Notes under the pieces: model-generated
Seen by the model: the letters and a program-made list of their open reading frames with translations, nothing else
Databases searched by the model: none
What the model was told of the DNA's origin: nothing
Part shown: positions 44,902-58,175 of the stretch, in pieces
Layout: the number at the start of each line of letters is the position of its first letter
Position numbering within the stretch: the first letter of the stretch is position 1
From: Eukaryota sp. TZLM1-RC
Lineage: Eukaryota; Protista; Metamonada: BaSk clade
Reading direction: 5' to 3'
Assembly (NCBI GenBank): GCA_040285825.1
Contig: JAUPSS010000010.1
Coordinates: 310,001-374,000 of the forward strand
Length of the DNA: 64,000 bases
Position numbers and translations under genes: made by a program

Positions 44902-47436
44902 ATGGCGAGACATCCAATATCTTCTACATACAAGGGTCCCTTCAGGCATCTGTATTCTTCCAAATGCTTTATACGTTTTGGAGGTGCTCTATACCACTCT
45001 CTGACCAAACCTTCATCTCTCAATTTCTCGTGGGTTTGTCACTATCTTCTTGCATGTTTGTTCAAGTTTGTTCATTGGATCATCTCATCCTCTTCATCTG
45101 GTACATTTACGCAACTTCATTTGTTCTTCGACTCACTCTTCTACTTCTTGCTCACCATTTCGTTCGCTTTTCTATTTTTGTCTCTACTATTCTATCTATT
45201 CAATCTGATCTCGCTCCCTGTCCTTGGTTTTCATGTCACTCTCTACATTGTCAATACCCTCCTCATCTTGGCTCCTTTCATCGACACGTTGCTTCAATCA
45301 ATTGCTGGTCTTACACTTTCTCCTTCCACTATTGCAATGTATTTGAGCCATGATGGCGTGCCAGAAGGTCAAAATGATGACGTCAGCGATCCCAGTTTGA
45401 TTGAAAAAGTGATTGATGTGATGAAAATGGGCTTTGATCTTGATTTTGCCAGTTGCTTCTTGTTAACAATTTTTTTAATTATTTGGGTTTTTTGTGTTGT
45501 TTTATTAACCATTTATTTAAAAAAATTACCTAAATTTAAATCAAAAAGTTTTAAATTATTTCTAATTTCTGGCACTGTTTCTTTAATCATCATCTTTGCT
45601 TCATTTGTTATTTCCACCACTTCACTAGTGAAGGTACCTCCTGAACTTGTTATGTTTTCATATGGTGAAGGTTTTGACAATGCAAAAAGAAAAAATTTGC
45701 CAGAATTGCCCAATTATATCAGCAATCAGTCCATGAATTCCACCAATTTTATGGAAGATGAATTAAAATTGGACCCAAACTATCAATTAATTCGTGATTA
45801 CTACCCCCTTCCGAAAGATCGTTATTGGATTTCTAATCAATATCCATTGATTCATGGATCATTGAACAAATTATGCAAAAATTACCCCAAAGATGTCAGA
45901 TGTCAAAATTTCAAACTTGATCCCTATTTTGAAATTGAAAGACCAGACATCTTCCTTCTACTTTGGGAAAGTGTTTCTGGCAACTTTCTTTCCACATCAT
46001 CTAATCCATTTTTTGACGACTGTACACCAAACCTTGATAAATTATGGAAACAACATGGTGTTGTTTATGATCAGGTTGTGTCAAGTAGTTGTCCTACTGC
46101 AAATTCTTGGTGGTCAATATTTAATCAAATTTTACCTATTCCAACCGAAAGTAGTATTAAAACGACTTTAAATACGAAATTCCAATCATTTCCTAATTTA
46201 ATTTCAAAGTCAAATGCTAATTATACAAGAATCTATATGTCTGGAGCTAGTCCTGCTTTTGATGGTAAACATAGATGGTTAGAACAAAAAGAAAATAGTG
46301 ATCAAAATTTCTATAAATATGAAAATTCTCCTGTTTGGTCTGGTTCTGGATACACAAAAAAGTTCAATAATGATCGAATTTTGGTCGACCAAATGAAGAA
46401 AACAGTTGACCAATATGATGAAGAGTCTGTAAATAAGCCACTTTTTCTCTGGTCTCTTTCTATATCAACTCATCTTCCCTTCTCAACATTTGATGACCCA
46501 AAAAAGGTAGGTTCTCAGCGTCCAAAGGATTGGGTTGAAGCTTACAAAAGGTCTTTACGATACAGTGATGAATATTTCATTGGTAGATTTATTGATTATT
46601 TAAAGACAAGAAACCGAGCTAATAATACAATTGTCGTTATTCAACCCGATCATGCTGCTTATACGTTGATATTAAAAATGAAAAAGTTTGGTGGTTCCAA
46701 GTCCCTTTTTACTTGTCTCAATTGTCCAGAAGATCCTATTTCAACTCACGATGAACTTTATCACACAACCTCTATAATTCTTTTCCTTGGAGGGGAAGAA
46801 CAACGGAAAAAATTAAAGATTCCACCTCCAGGAACAAGAGATTCAAGGGTGGCTTCTGTTTTTGATGTTATAAGCACCATTGTGGAGTTTTCAGGTGCTG
46901 GTGATGAACCTACCCATTCATTAGGCAGAAGTTTAGTTAATCCTAATATGGATGATTCATTAAGAAAGACCCTTTCAATGGCTAGTAATGGTGCTGAACT
47001 TGGATTAAGTGATTCTATTGTTCGAACTGATTGGACGGGGGCTAAGGCTGTCACAATGCCAAGAAAAAGACCAACTTACATGAATAATAAGGATATGGTA
47101 GCAAATACTGATAAGTTTAAGGAAATTTCTGGAATTCAAAAGGGAATTGAACAATTAATTAGACAGAATATGGTTTGGAATGATCAAATTCAGGGTCAAG
47201 TTAATGAAATTCCAGAAGAAAATGCAACAGATTTCAACAATACTAAACAGCTCAATTTCAATACTGAAAATTCTTTTGGAAGAATGATTCTTTTGTTATT
47301 GTTCACAATTTCCATTGGTATTTCGCTTCTTTCTGTTTTATTTTCATTTTTATGTAATAATTTGGGGTCTATTGTTGCTCAGTCTTCTTATAAGTTTGAT
47401 GATTTCTACGACAAAATGATGGTTGAAATAGTTTAA
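44902..47436 (+). CDS. LtaS/OpgB-like membrane phosphotransferase (alkaline phosphatase/sulfatase superfamily)
   Basis: Several N-terminal TM helices; RPDIFLLLWES (metal Glu), CPT (catalytic Thr position), STHLPF, YSD, PDH; C-terminal TM helix. Confidence 0.85.
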   Translation: MARHPISSTYKGPFRHLYSSKCFIRFGGALYHSLTKPSSLNFSWVCHYLLACLFKFVHWIISSSSSGTFTQLHLFFDSLFYFLLTISFAFLFLSLLFYLFNLISLPVLGFHVTLYIVNTLLILAPFIDTLLQSIAGLTLSPSTIAMYLSHDGVPEGQNDDVSDPSLIEKVIDVMKMGFDLDFASCFLLTIFLIIWVFCVVLLTIYLKKLPKFKSKSFKLFLISGTVSLIIIFASFVISTTSLVKVPPELVMFSYGEGFDNAKRKNLPELPNYISNQSMNSTNFMEDELKLDPNYQLIRDYYPLPKDRYWISNQYPLIHGSLNKLCKNYPKDVRCQNFKLDPYFEIERPDIFLLLWESVSGNFLSTSSNPFFDDCTPNLDKLWKQHGVVYDQVVSSSCPTANSWWSIFNQILPIPTESSIKTTLNTKFQSFPNLISKSNANYTRIYMSGASPAFDGKHRWLEQKENSDQNFYKYENSPVWSGSGYTKKFNNDRILVDQMKKTVDQYDEESVNKPLFLWSLSISTHLPFSTFDDPKKVGSQRPKDWVEAYKRSLRYSDEYFIGRFIDYLKTRNRANNTIVVIQPDHAAYTLILKMKKFGGSKSLFTCLNCPEDPISTHDELYHTTSIILFLGGEEQRKKLKIPPPGTRDSRVASVFDVISTIVEFSGAGDEPTHSLGRSLVNPNMDDSLRKTLSMASNGAELGLSDSIVRTDWTGAKAVTMPRKRPTYMNNKDMVANTDKFKEISGIQKGIEQLIRQNMVWNDQIQGQVNEIPEENATDFNNTKQLNFNTENSFGRMILLLLFTISIGISLLSVLFSFLCNNLGSIVAQSSYKFDDFYDKMMVEIV

Positions 47437-48687
47437 TTGTTCGTGCTCATACTTTTTTTGATGATATGAATTGAAAATTGGTTTTTATTCAAAATTGAAG
47501 TAAAGTGCTCATGGAAATGTTCTTCAAATCGTGCAACAGAGCTACCTATATAGTATTTGTTCTAACATTTTAGACGGTAAATAATGTTGAGGGAATTTGG
47601 CTTTTTGACTCAAGAAATTAGTTGTATTACTGTTTTTTTCACTTAAGATGTATAAATCAATTTTTACCACATCTTTTCCCTATGTCTTCAAACGAAATTG
47701 TAACCTGTTCTTTATCAGAGTTTGAAAGGACGCAATCCGTTTCTGAACCCCTGTTTTACTATCTAATCAAGGGTTGCAAACGCCTTCTGACAGAAGTCAT
47801 CAATCGTCAGTTTACTAATTTTATGCCACACAAAAACTCTGATTCTATAGCTTAAATTACATATTCACTGAGTGATGGGCTGATATAAGGAGACCTGTAG
47901 TAGTCCCCTTGCTTCCATCCAGCATGACTGAACAGTCTTCGACAATCTTCATTTGTGGTAAGACAGTTTGAAGAATATCGAAGCACGAATAATGTTGATG
48001 TTGTCTAAGACGAAAAAGTTCATGGGTGAAATCCTGAACTCTCTGACCGTTCAAAATCTCTGTCAAAGAATTTTGAAGAAAGCTTCAACTGGATTACTTT
48101 TTGGACAGTAAGGATATCAAGTCTTGAAGGAAATAGAGAAAGTCCAGACGACAGTAATGTACCTCTTTTGTGTGAAAAAGGTATCCATTTTGATCAATAG
48201 CTTTAACTAAACTCAACTGCTGGGCATTGATCTTTGATGGAGATACACATGGTGTATTTACTTTACTATATCCTTGATTTCTGTCATAATGTTCAGGTCA
48301 AAACGATATCTCATCTATAAAAACTAGTTGTTGTGTGAAGATGACACCGATAAGGCGCCTCAATCAATTTTCAAAGGAAAATACCATTGTGTACCGAGCT
48401 TTATGCATCAAGCGGGTTACTTTTTTCCGAAAAATTCGAATGCGAACAAGTAAGAGCTGCAGTGTAAAAGAGTTTACCGTGATTCCGAACGAATAAAAGA
48501 CATAAGATTTCATTTCTCGGAAATACAAAAGTGGGTCATTTTGTAGCGTCGTTAGAAATAAACAAGGAGCAATAAACACATTGGTGTGTGTAGTTTTTCC
48601 AATAGGGATAACTTAAGGTGAATCAAGATTTATTGTACAATCTGAGTCAGGGTTTTACATGAAAGTTCTATAACGTAATCCCTAGCG

Positions 48688-49499
48688 ATGTCTCGTTTGC
48701 GAGACAAGACAGAAGAGGAGAAGAAAAGATATGGTGGTATCAGAGTAACAAGAATTTCGTTTTCAACCCATCTGTTGACAGTTGTTCATGTACGCCAAAG
48801 AACCATGCAACAACATCTTGGATCATCTTTCAACTCTTTTCGATTACTTTACTCCAGAAGGATTGCTCTTCTTAGTACTCTTCATAGTCTAATCTACATA
48901 TTCTCACTCTTTGCTTTGTCTGCTTCTTCTATAGCAATTTTCCAAATAGTCAAAACAAGTGAACTTTTTTGGACACTTCTTTTTTCATTCTTGATCCTTG
49001 CCAAGCGCCCTAAACAAAAGGAGTATGTATTGGTCACTATGATAGTATTTTCTTCCGTACTTTCTTGTTCAAAGTCCACAGCTGTTTCCCTTTTGGAAAT
49101 TGTGTATGGCATTTTTGCTGCTGTCACTTCTGCAAGGAATGTTTACACCAAGTCAGTCCTCCAATCAGCGGATGTCTCAGTTTCAAAGTCTGAAATTATT
49201 CTTTCTTATGGTTTTTATAGCTTTGTATTAGCATTAGTTATAGTTATTGTGTTTCCTCAGTTCTTGAACTCCCAAATTTACTTGTAGTGTTATCTTCTGT
49301 TTCCCAATTTATTCAACATTATTCTTCCATTAAAGTTCTGTCTTGCTTCGAGGCTGTTACTCATAGTACTTTGAATACACTTAAAAGGCCATTTATTTTG
49401 ATTGTTTCGTTGTTTTTTGGATCTGTTAATTTATCTCCTATTAATATGATTGGTTTATTTTTACTTGGAGGTACACTGATTTCTAAGATTTTTATTTAA
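48688..49499 (+). pseudogene. Triose-phosphate/nucleotide-sugar transporter (DMT/TPT family), split by a frameshift near 49250
   Basis: FQIVKTSELFWTLLFS, ARNVYTK and THSTLNTLKRPFILIVS motifs; multiple TM helices. Could be an intact gene with an assembly indel. Confidence 0.65.
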
Positions 49500-50919
49500 A
49501 TTTATTAATTCAACACAAAATTTTAACCTCACTAAGGAAAAAATTACAAAAAGCCAATTTCTTTCAAAACACTATCAGGCCCATCCTGTAACTCCAAATA
49601 TCGTAACTTGACTGTTGAGCCATTATTCTAATCAGTGTGGGCGTTTATTTTTATTTTATTTTTTTACTATTGGTTGGATCAAAAAATATCAAAGCTAAAC
49701 ACCAAGTTCCCAGTTACAACAGACTTTATTGGGCATTGGACTGATTGCCAAAAAACGGAAATTTTATTCCTGGAACAGTCACATTTTTAAAATCAACACT
49801 ATCTAACACTTTTGCCTACTAAAAACCCCATAAATTTACTCCTTATATACATCATTTACTTGAAAAACTATTCGTTCGTTATTTGTATTTTTCTATATTA
49901 TTTAAAGTATTGTAATATAACGAGGAAGTGCATTCAATAACAAGAGGCCTTCGTTTCCCATAGTACCAAAAATTGAAATCGCCAGTAAGACCAATGATGT
50001 TGCTGCCTTTTGTAATTTGATTGTTTGGAAGGTTTTGCAATTTTGAGTAAATGTTGAATCATTCAACTCCTTCTTCACGGAAACACAGTTAAAAAGAGAA
50101 AAAAAAGACAGGTGGTAAAATCGATTGTTAGTACGGTTTAATCACAAAATTCAAGGCTCTGTGTGGGAGATTTTCTTGGAAGATTGTTACTACCAAATTC
50201 GCATTATCTAAAGATAATAAAATTTTAGACAAAAGGAGAGAGGCAGAGCAAGTTGATTGGCGGAATACAGAAGAAGGAAAGCTGAAGGAAGATTGGACTT
50301 GTTGTTACTGTAACAACCTCCGCTTCCGTCTTGACCTATTGAGGAAGGGAGGTGAAAACAATGGCCAAATAAGCAATCAACTTCTCATCTATTGATTCCT
50401 TTGATAGATGTACTTCTCGTTTATTGGAATGTGATCAAAATTCTTGAGAAGCGCTCAAGTAGGGAAGTTTAATGTCAAATTCAAGCTTTGGTATAGGTAA
50501 AAATAAGTAGTTTTTACCCTTTTTGCCATTACTTTGTAGGGAAGTTTTCGTCCATGCTTACAAGAATTTCAGGATGGTTTTTCAAAATCGTGTCAGGAGT
50601 TTGGAAAAGCTTTTAAGTTGGTTTATCCAGCAACCGGACCTATAATTTTTGTCTCCAATAGAGTTCATTTCAATGGAACATTTTGAGTAGACCTTATGAT
50701 GAAAAATGCGGAATTGAGCATCAAAATTAATCAAATAGGAATTGAAAGATCATCTTTTTTCCTTCAATTTGTTTTTTTGTTTAATAATAAATCAGATTAT
50801 TTTTTCATGATTTTGTAGAAGAGAATGTTGTCAAAAATAACTATATTCATTTATCTTACCCTGGTGACCAGTAGATTTTTTTTTGATGATTTACAATGTG
50901 GCATCAAGGTTCTCTTCAA

Positions 50920-51715
50920 GATGTTCTCCCACAACTCTATTTTAACCACCGTAGTAGATCTACTTGTTTAGAAATCTGTATTCACATCTAAATCTCTTTC
51001 TTTTGCCTCAACTTTCTTCAATGCCAATGAATGATGGTATTTGATCCGGCGAATGACCTAGATTTAGATGTTGTGGTTCATTCTGAATAGAAGTTTCTTT
51101 TGTTAATTGATACATTGTGTTCTAGTATAAGGAGGAAGGAGAAATACAGTGTTGTGATATTGATGAAATGAACTAAGTGCTGAACTCACAGAATCAGTGT
51201 TCGGAATGGACACGTGTTATTCGGGTTGGACACGTGTCGTACACGTGTTGACATGTGTCCCCATCCCAAAAAAAATCTTTTTCCTCCCTCTCCACTAATG
51301 CTTTTCCTCAACTGCTCAACGTCGTTTCCCGCCTACAAACTCTTGACACTACATCCAACGAATCCTCGTACCAAAATTAAAACTACTGTCAATTGTAGTC
51401 TATTTGACAAATTTATGACTGGAATAAACTACCGCTTTGTTGGACATGTTTGCCCCAATTTTTGAAACAGAAAAAATGCTTTGTGTGAAAAGCTTCACTC
51501 TTGCTGATCGCATAACCCTGAACGAAATCCGCATGTCTGCTTCACGCAATCTCCTACCAAACTCTCAAGCACCTGTTGAACATCCAAACAGACAGCCACG
51601 CATCAATGATGTCTTTTCTTTGGCTAACAACTTCAAGGCCAATTGTGATCTTGCCCTTTTCAACATGCTCGTTTTTTGTGCATTCCCTTCACATATTGTT
51701 GGTAACCCTGATTGC
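50920..51715. mobile_element. hAT-related remnants: homology to the MITE at 20878-21480, then a CAGTGTT-starting end with ACACGTGT repeats and a transposase-like N-terminal remnant
   Basis: Sequence match to 20953-21385; CAGTGTT at 51195; ALFNMLVFCAFPSHIVGNPD resembles the hAT N-terminal region. Confidence 0.55.
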
Positions 51716-54700
51716 ATTAATATTAGCAAAATTGCATGTCCTGCTATTCCGGTTGCTGTTGTTGATCCGTCTGTGAGAAACCGTACTTGAACGGGTCAGT
51801 TTTAGCTCAGTAGGGTATGCGTTTGATGATATGTCCTCTGTGGTTTTGGTGTTGTATACAGGTCTTCATTGACCTCTTCCTTTATGTCCTCTCAAACGGC
51901 CTCCTCGGCTTCCAAATCTAAATCTATTAACACGTCTACTTCGGCCTCTTTCTGAAACTGCCTCTGCTAGCAGGCACCTCCTGTTCTCCTAATTTGAGTC
52001 TTTCTTATTCGAGTTAACGAGGGTCTCTACATTCAAACACAGTGTGGCCGACAGTATTGTTGCTTTCGACGTTGCTAGCAAATGTGCAATATTTTGAGCC
52101 TTCTCGTTCGTGCTTTTCCGGGATATATTTGTGTTGAGGGGTTCTTCTCGATTTACCACCTGAACGCCTTGCTTGTTTTGTTGGAGCTTAAGCTAATGGA
52201 GTTATTCATCTTGAATAAGTTCTTATCGTTGTTAGTCCCACAGCAATGTTTTCTTCGTTAGCCCTGTTCTTTAGTATGTCCATAGTGGGTCTTTTTCTTG
52301 CTGTAATTCACCAGGCAAAAAAAATGCCTTCTGGTTGTCCTGTTAGGCGAATCCCACAAAGATTCTCTGGACTATACTGGAAGGAATTCGCTTGATATCG
52401 TAAGGTTAACCAACCCCATTAGGAAGTATTCCACTATTGAAGCGGGAGATATGGTTATCAGCTACTACCATCTTTCATCAAGTCTGTGATGATCTTATAG
52501 GTGGTCATTCCTAAGACGTCTCTGAGGTTTTCTACATACCGACCAAACTCATTGTCAGCCTCGTACCTATTGTGGATGTTTGTCCAGTTAATCCTAGGCT
52601 TCATCAAAACAGTGTAAGCTTCGTGATAGGAGGTAACCTCCGATCTTTTTAGCAAAAATATCATTACGTCAGCGTCGGTGTAATCAACATTGAGTAAACC
52701 TTGATTTTGTCATCTGGATAGAAGGCTGGGATCGATTATGCTGGATATTCCTGTAGGACATGTGCTCATTATCATGCTCTTTAATAAGTCACAGCAGTGG
52801 ATTGGAGGCCGAAGCTCGTCTGTTATCGCTGGGTCAATACGCACCAAAGGCTCAACCATGTCTCTGGTAATTTCGTCTCGTATATGAGAAGGGAGATCTT
52901 CAATTCTTTTAGGTGTGACTGACTGGCCTTCTTTTTTTACTCATGTCAATCGCAATCTATTACACACTATTTTGAAGGTCTCATTGGTGAACTAAGGACC
53001 ATTATCACTATGAATTAACATAGGTATGCCAAAGGTGGCGCAAACGTTCCAAGTCAAGGCGTCTGCGGTTTTTAAGGCATTGAGTTCTTTTAAAAAGACT
53101 AAAAATGTATATTCAGTAAAAGAATCTACAAATACTAATCAATATTTGTTTCCTTCGTTTTCAGTATTCAGAGGTCCAATTGTGTCTACGTTTAGTCTTG
53201 CGAACGGACGATCTGCCTATAGCAATTTTGTGGAGGGTGTTTTTGATCTTTTAACTTGAGCCGTTTTTTTGACAAGTTGGGCATCTTTTGACATGGTTTA
53301 TAATTTCTTTTCTCATATTATGCCAGTAGAAATCACCTTTGGAAAGGAACTCTATGCAATTTTGGTCATGCTTACTCAAAGTGGTTTCGAAAAATACTTG
53401 AAAGGTAGGAAACTGGTCATTTTCACAGACCATCAAAACCTAACTTATATGTTCACCGCTAGACAGGAACAGAATAGTAACCAGATGGTTACCTATTTTC
53501 TCCGATTTCTGCTTCGAATTGGTTCATACCAAGGGCGAGTATAACTTCTGGGCCGATATGTTGTCTCGAATAGTTCCGCCTACAGACCATCAAAAGATCA
53601 ATCATTTGTCTTATCAAATGTCTCAAAATTTTCACCCAATATTTTACATCTTTTAAATAGACGCAACAGAAAACGAAAGATACTACATCGAAAATCTAAA
53701 CAACTTCGAACGTATTATGGTCATTAAAGAACGGTGTTCCGACGACCTCCCTATTTTCGAGCCATGGCTCTGTAGGATAAGGTCCGAACAGAAGCTTGCC
53801 ATAGCTTCCAAAGACTCCTCTTTTAACAACTGTGTTCATAATAATCATCTTGATTTATATATGACGCACGACAACAAGATAGTTATTCCCAAATCACTTA
53901 TTAAGGAAACCCTTAACTTGTTGCACGGACTGCTTCAAGGAGGTCATCCGAGTAAAGCTGAAACAAATACTAACAAGTATTTATTACCATCACTATCAGT
54001 ATTCAGAGGTCCAATTGTATCGACATTTAATCTAGCAAAAGGACGATCTGCCCAAAGGGAACCTGTGGAAGGTGTTTTTGTTCTTTTGACTGGTGTTGTT
54101 TTTTGACAAGTTGGGCATCTTTTGATATGGTTTATGAGGTCCTTTCTTATATTAGGCCAGAAAAAGTCGCTTTTAGACAGTTTATGTAGACTGTCGTTTT
54201 TGCTAGGGTGGCCAGATTGAACCAATCCATGTATTAATAGTAAAGCCAGTTTTCTGAGGCTTTTTGGAATTAAAATTTTATTTTTATTATTTTTCCAAAT
54301 TTGAGTATTTTCATCTAGAAGTGCATTCTCAAATAGAGGGTCATTATTATTCTTGGCTATTTGTTGTTCAGATCTTATCTTAGAGAACCAAGAAGAAAAA
54401 ATAGGTAGGTCTTGGTGTCTACTTAGAGATGAGATTGATGGGATGTCTTCAAGATCCGAATCAGAATCATCGTCTAGTGGAGGTATCTCGTAATTCGAAA
54501 GTAAAGTATCTGGTATATTTATACTACATATGGAAGGAATTTCCTCATTTTGATCTAAATCAATATTCCTCGATAGCATATCTGCCCAGTGGTTATCTTC
54601 ACCTGGGTCATGGACTATATCAAAGTCGAATTCAGATAGTATCGGCAGCCATCTCTTTACAATTCTATTTTTCTCTGGGGCTGTGGCCAGGAATGCAATA

Positions 54701-57700
54701 TTTTTGTGATCAGTGAAAATTGTTAGATGTCTAGTCAAAAGGTAGATTTCTAAACAACTTTCAGTTAAAATCAGAAAAATTGCATATAATTCTTTCTGTA
54801 AAGTGGACCAATTTCTTTGTGTTTCTGTAAGTAATCTACTATAGAACGACAAAGGTTTCACTTTCCTTTTATTCTGCGGGGTTCCTGCAGGAGAGTATGG
54901 TTCAATTTCTTGCCAGATATCACCTCCAACTGCTACATCTGATGCGTCAGTACTTATTAATACGCGCTTGCCCGGAGCTGGTAATTCAAGGGGCATGTGA
55001 TTAATTATTAAATCTTTTATTTGTTTAAGATAATCGTCATGCTCGTTGGTCCATTTTATTATTCTAGGTTTTCCTTTAATTAACTCATTAATTGGAGCTA
55101 TTAATTCGGAAATACCTGGAAGCCAATCTCTAATATAATTGATGGATCCTACCAATGAGCGAACTTCTTTCACTGATTTTGGTCTAGGGATTCTCATCAA
55201 GGCTTCGATTTTTTTCTTACTAATAAATCTGGTTTTATCCTGCAAGGTGCTTCCTAAAATATCAATAGGGTGTTTGGATGTTACGAATTTACATTTACGT
55301 AAACCTATGTTTACACGTCTATTTCTGGCGCATTGGAGGACTCTTTGTAATCTCTTATAGAATTCATCGAAAGTCGTTCCAACTATTATAATATCATCGA
55401 TGTATATAAAAACGCCATCAATTTGGAATATTTCCATCATTATATTTTGAAAAACTGCTGGGATGTTCTTTAATCCGAAGCAAGCTCTTTTAAACATAAT
55501 TGACCTTCCAGGGATTGAGATTGATGTTTTCTCAATGTCCTTCTCAGCTACATTCATCTGCCAGAAAGCTTTTGGTAAATCAAGCGTGGCTATGTAATCT
55601 GCTCTACTTAAAAACTCTAAAATATCGCTAATCCTAGGTAGATTAGGCTCTACTGAAATCGTGTGGGCATTGACTCCATCTTTACCACTAAAGTCTCCAG
55701 TTAACCTGGGTTTCTTGCCGTCAGGATATATAACTAGGACAATAGGAGAGCTGAATTTATAATTAGATTCAACTGCATAGCCCATTTCAATCAGTTCATC
55801 AAATATTTTGTTTGCTATTTACATTTTGCTGGGATTTAATCGTCTAGCAGGTTTATGTACTATAGCATTCTCGTCTCTAAAGGGGATTGTTAGAGGTTTA
55901 CAATCGATTCCTTTTCTGTTTGGAGTTTCACTAACAACATCGCTGAAAATTCCTAGTAGACTCGTTAATTTTAATTTATTATTATCATCATCTAATTTTA
56001 TCTCACAACCAGATCTAGTTAACTGCTCCTCAAAATCGGAAGGACTCGATGATTGGTTATCTAAGGTCCCAATCGAATGTTGAGCGATTCTTGAGTCGAA
56101 TTCAGATTCTGCATTTAACAAAGTGCGGTGTTCTTTGTCTAATCTAATGAAAAGACCATCATCCGTCTGAAGCCCAAGTTTTTTTAACATGTCTATCCCT
56201 ATTAATAATTTGTTCGAACCCGGGATTATGGGAAGAGTATGTCTATAATGTACCTGGTGCGCAATGCTTCCTACGTTGAACGACAGAATACCATTTGCAC
56301 TCCCTAGCGATTTACTTGATACGTTATTGGCTGGTAAGAACTCAATTGTATCATCTCTATTAATTGACATGTTGCATTTGTTAGCCAAATCTTCTGTTAT
56401 AACCGAACAAAACGCTGCCGAATCAATAGTTGCAATCATTTTTATATTGTTTATTAAAATCTCCAATCTTAGAAATGGAGAACGCTGGGATCTGATGTGG
56501 TTCTCACTAACCGTAGAATTTATACCAAAAATACTATTGATATCAGAGCTGGGTTTGTGGAATTGTAGAGGATTTAGTAAGAATTGTTGAGCTGTTGGGG
56601 GGTTGTTGACTGGGTTTCCGAAATCGGCAATTGATTGATTATGATTGATTGCGTTGATTTGTTTCCGATTGGGAAAGTTTCCTGTATTTCTGACCCTGTT
56701 GCTGAAACGGTCAATCCGTCTGTGAGAGGTCATGCTCGAACTAGCTGACACGTTCTCAGAAGGGGATGATGTTGATGATGTATCCTCTTGTATGTTTATG
56801 TAATAAATAGGTCTATACTGACCTCTGCCTTTATGTCCTCTAAAATGGCCACCTCGGCCCCATGTGGGTAATTGATGTTAGTTATTTCCGCATTTTCTAA
56901 ATGTATCTATGTTTCTTGACATCATGTCAGCCCAGTGATTGTCTTCTCCTTATTGGTGTACGATGTCAAAGTCAAGTTTTGACAAGATTGGTAACCATCT
57001 TTTGACGATTCTGTTCTTTTCAGGAGTTGTGGAGAGGAATGCAATATTTTTGTGATCTGTGAAAATGGTGAGATGTCTAGTAGTGGGAAAGCTTTTCAGA
57101 TGACTTTTGGTTAATATTATTAGAATCGCGTATAATTCTTTTTGCAAAGTAGACCAACCCTTTTGAGTATCGGTTAAAATCCTACTGTAAAAGGAATTTG
57201 GTTTTACTTTTCAATCTTTTAATGCAGTTCCAATGGGTGCATAAGGTGCCACTTCTTGTCAAATGACTCCTCTTATTGCAATGTCAGATGCATCGGTGCT
57301 AATCAGAATGCGTTTGTCTGGTGAAGGTAATTCCAGAGGCATGTGATTAATAATCAGTTGTTTTATTTGATCTAATAGTTGATCGTGTTTGGCTTCCCAA
57401 TTTACACGACGATGTTTGTGCTTGATTGACTCATTTATGGGTGCTATTGGTTGTGAAATATTTGGGAGCCAATCTCTTATGAAATTGACTGAGCCAACTA
57501 ACGACTGTATTTTCTTGATAGTTTTTGGAGCAGGTAGGTTTATTAAAGCATCTACTCGTTTTTTGCTAATTTTTCTTTGTTTGAATTGGAAAGTGCTGTA
57601 TAGAATGTCAATTTTTTGTTCGGACCTAAATACGAAAATAAACTAGGAATGTGGGTCGCCCCCAGGATTGGTAAATACCTATCATTTGAAAGAATTGAGC

Positions 57701-58163
57701 TTGAGAACACTAGTGTTGTTCCTGAGCCAATTTACGATTCTAAACCTGGTGTCAGATACATGAGGACAACTAGAGAGGGTGTCTTCAGACGTTTCGCTGG
57801 AAATGAAGACAACCTTTTCATTAACGAAGCTAATCCCTGTCCCTACCCTAGGTACCCTAGGTTCAGATTCTGGGTACAACGCCTCTCTGGACATTTTAAT
57901 TGACAAAAATCACAGAACAGGTTGATGGTTTACCGAAACTACCTACAGTGAAAGACTCTTATGATAGACGTTCTGATCACATTGCTTCATATTGTGGTCC
58001 CGACCATAGAAGAACAGGTAATCTTCAAAGAGCTCTTCAGCAGGTGACAGTATTCCCTGGATGTGTTGAATTCAGAATGCTGAAATGGGTTATGGTTGAA
58101 GGTAGAAATGAAAAGACTCGTTTCATACAACAAGCAGTTTTACTAAACCAACAATTTGATTAA
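51716..58163. mobile_element. Mosaic of Gypsy fragments: A-like gag (-) 51716-52930, A IN (-) 52945-53335, B RH (+) 53340-53962, A pol (-) 53963-56860, other RT/RH (-) 56860-57615, B-like gag (+) 57616-58140
   Basis: Direct similarity to the intact A and B elements; no LTRs or TSDs at the junctions. Confidence 0.88.
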
Positions 58164-58175
58164 CAAATTAATTTA

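Noticed and set aside
47600-48600. Possible decayed host gene on the minus strand
   Set aside because: Only short broken ORFs with no motif I can assign
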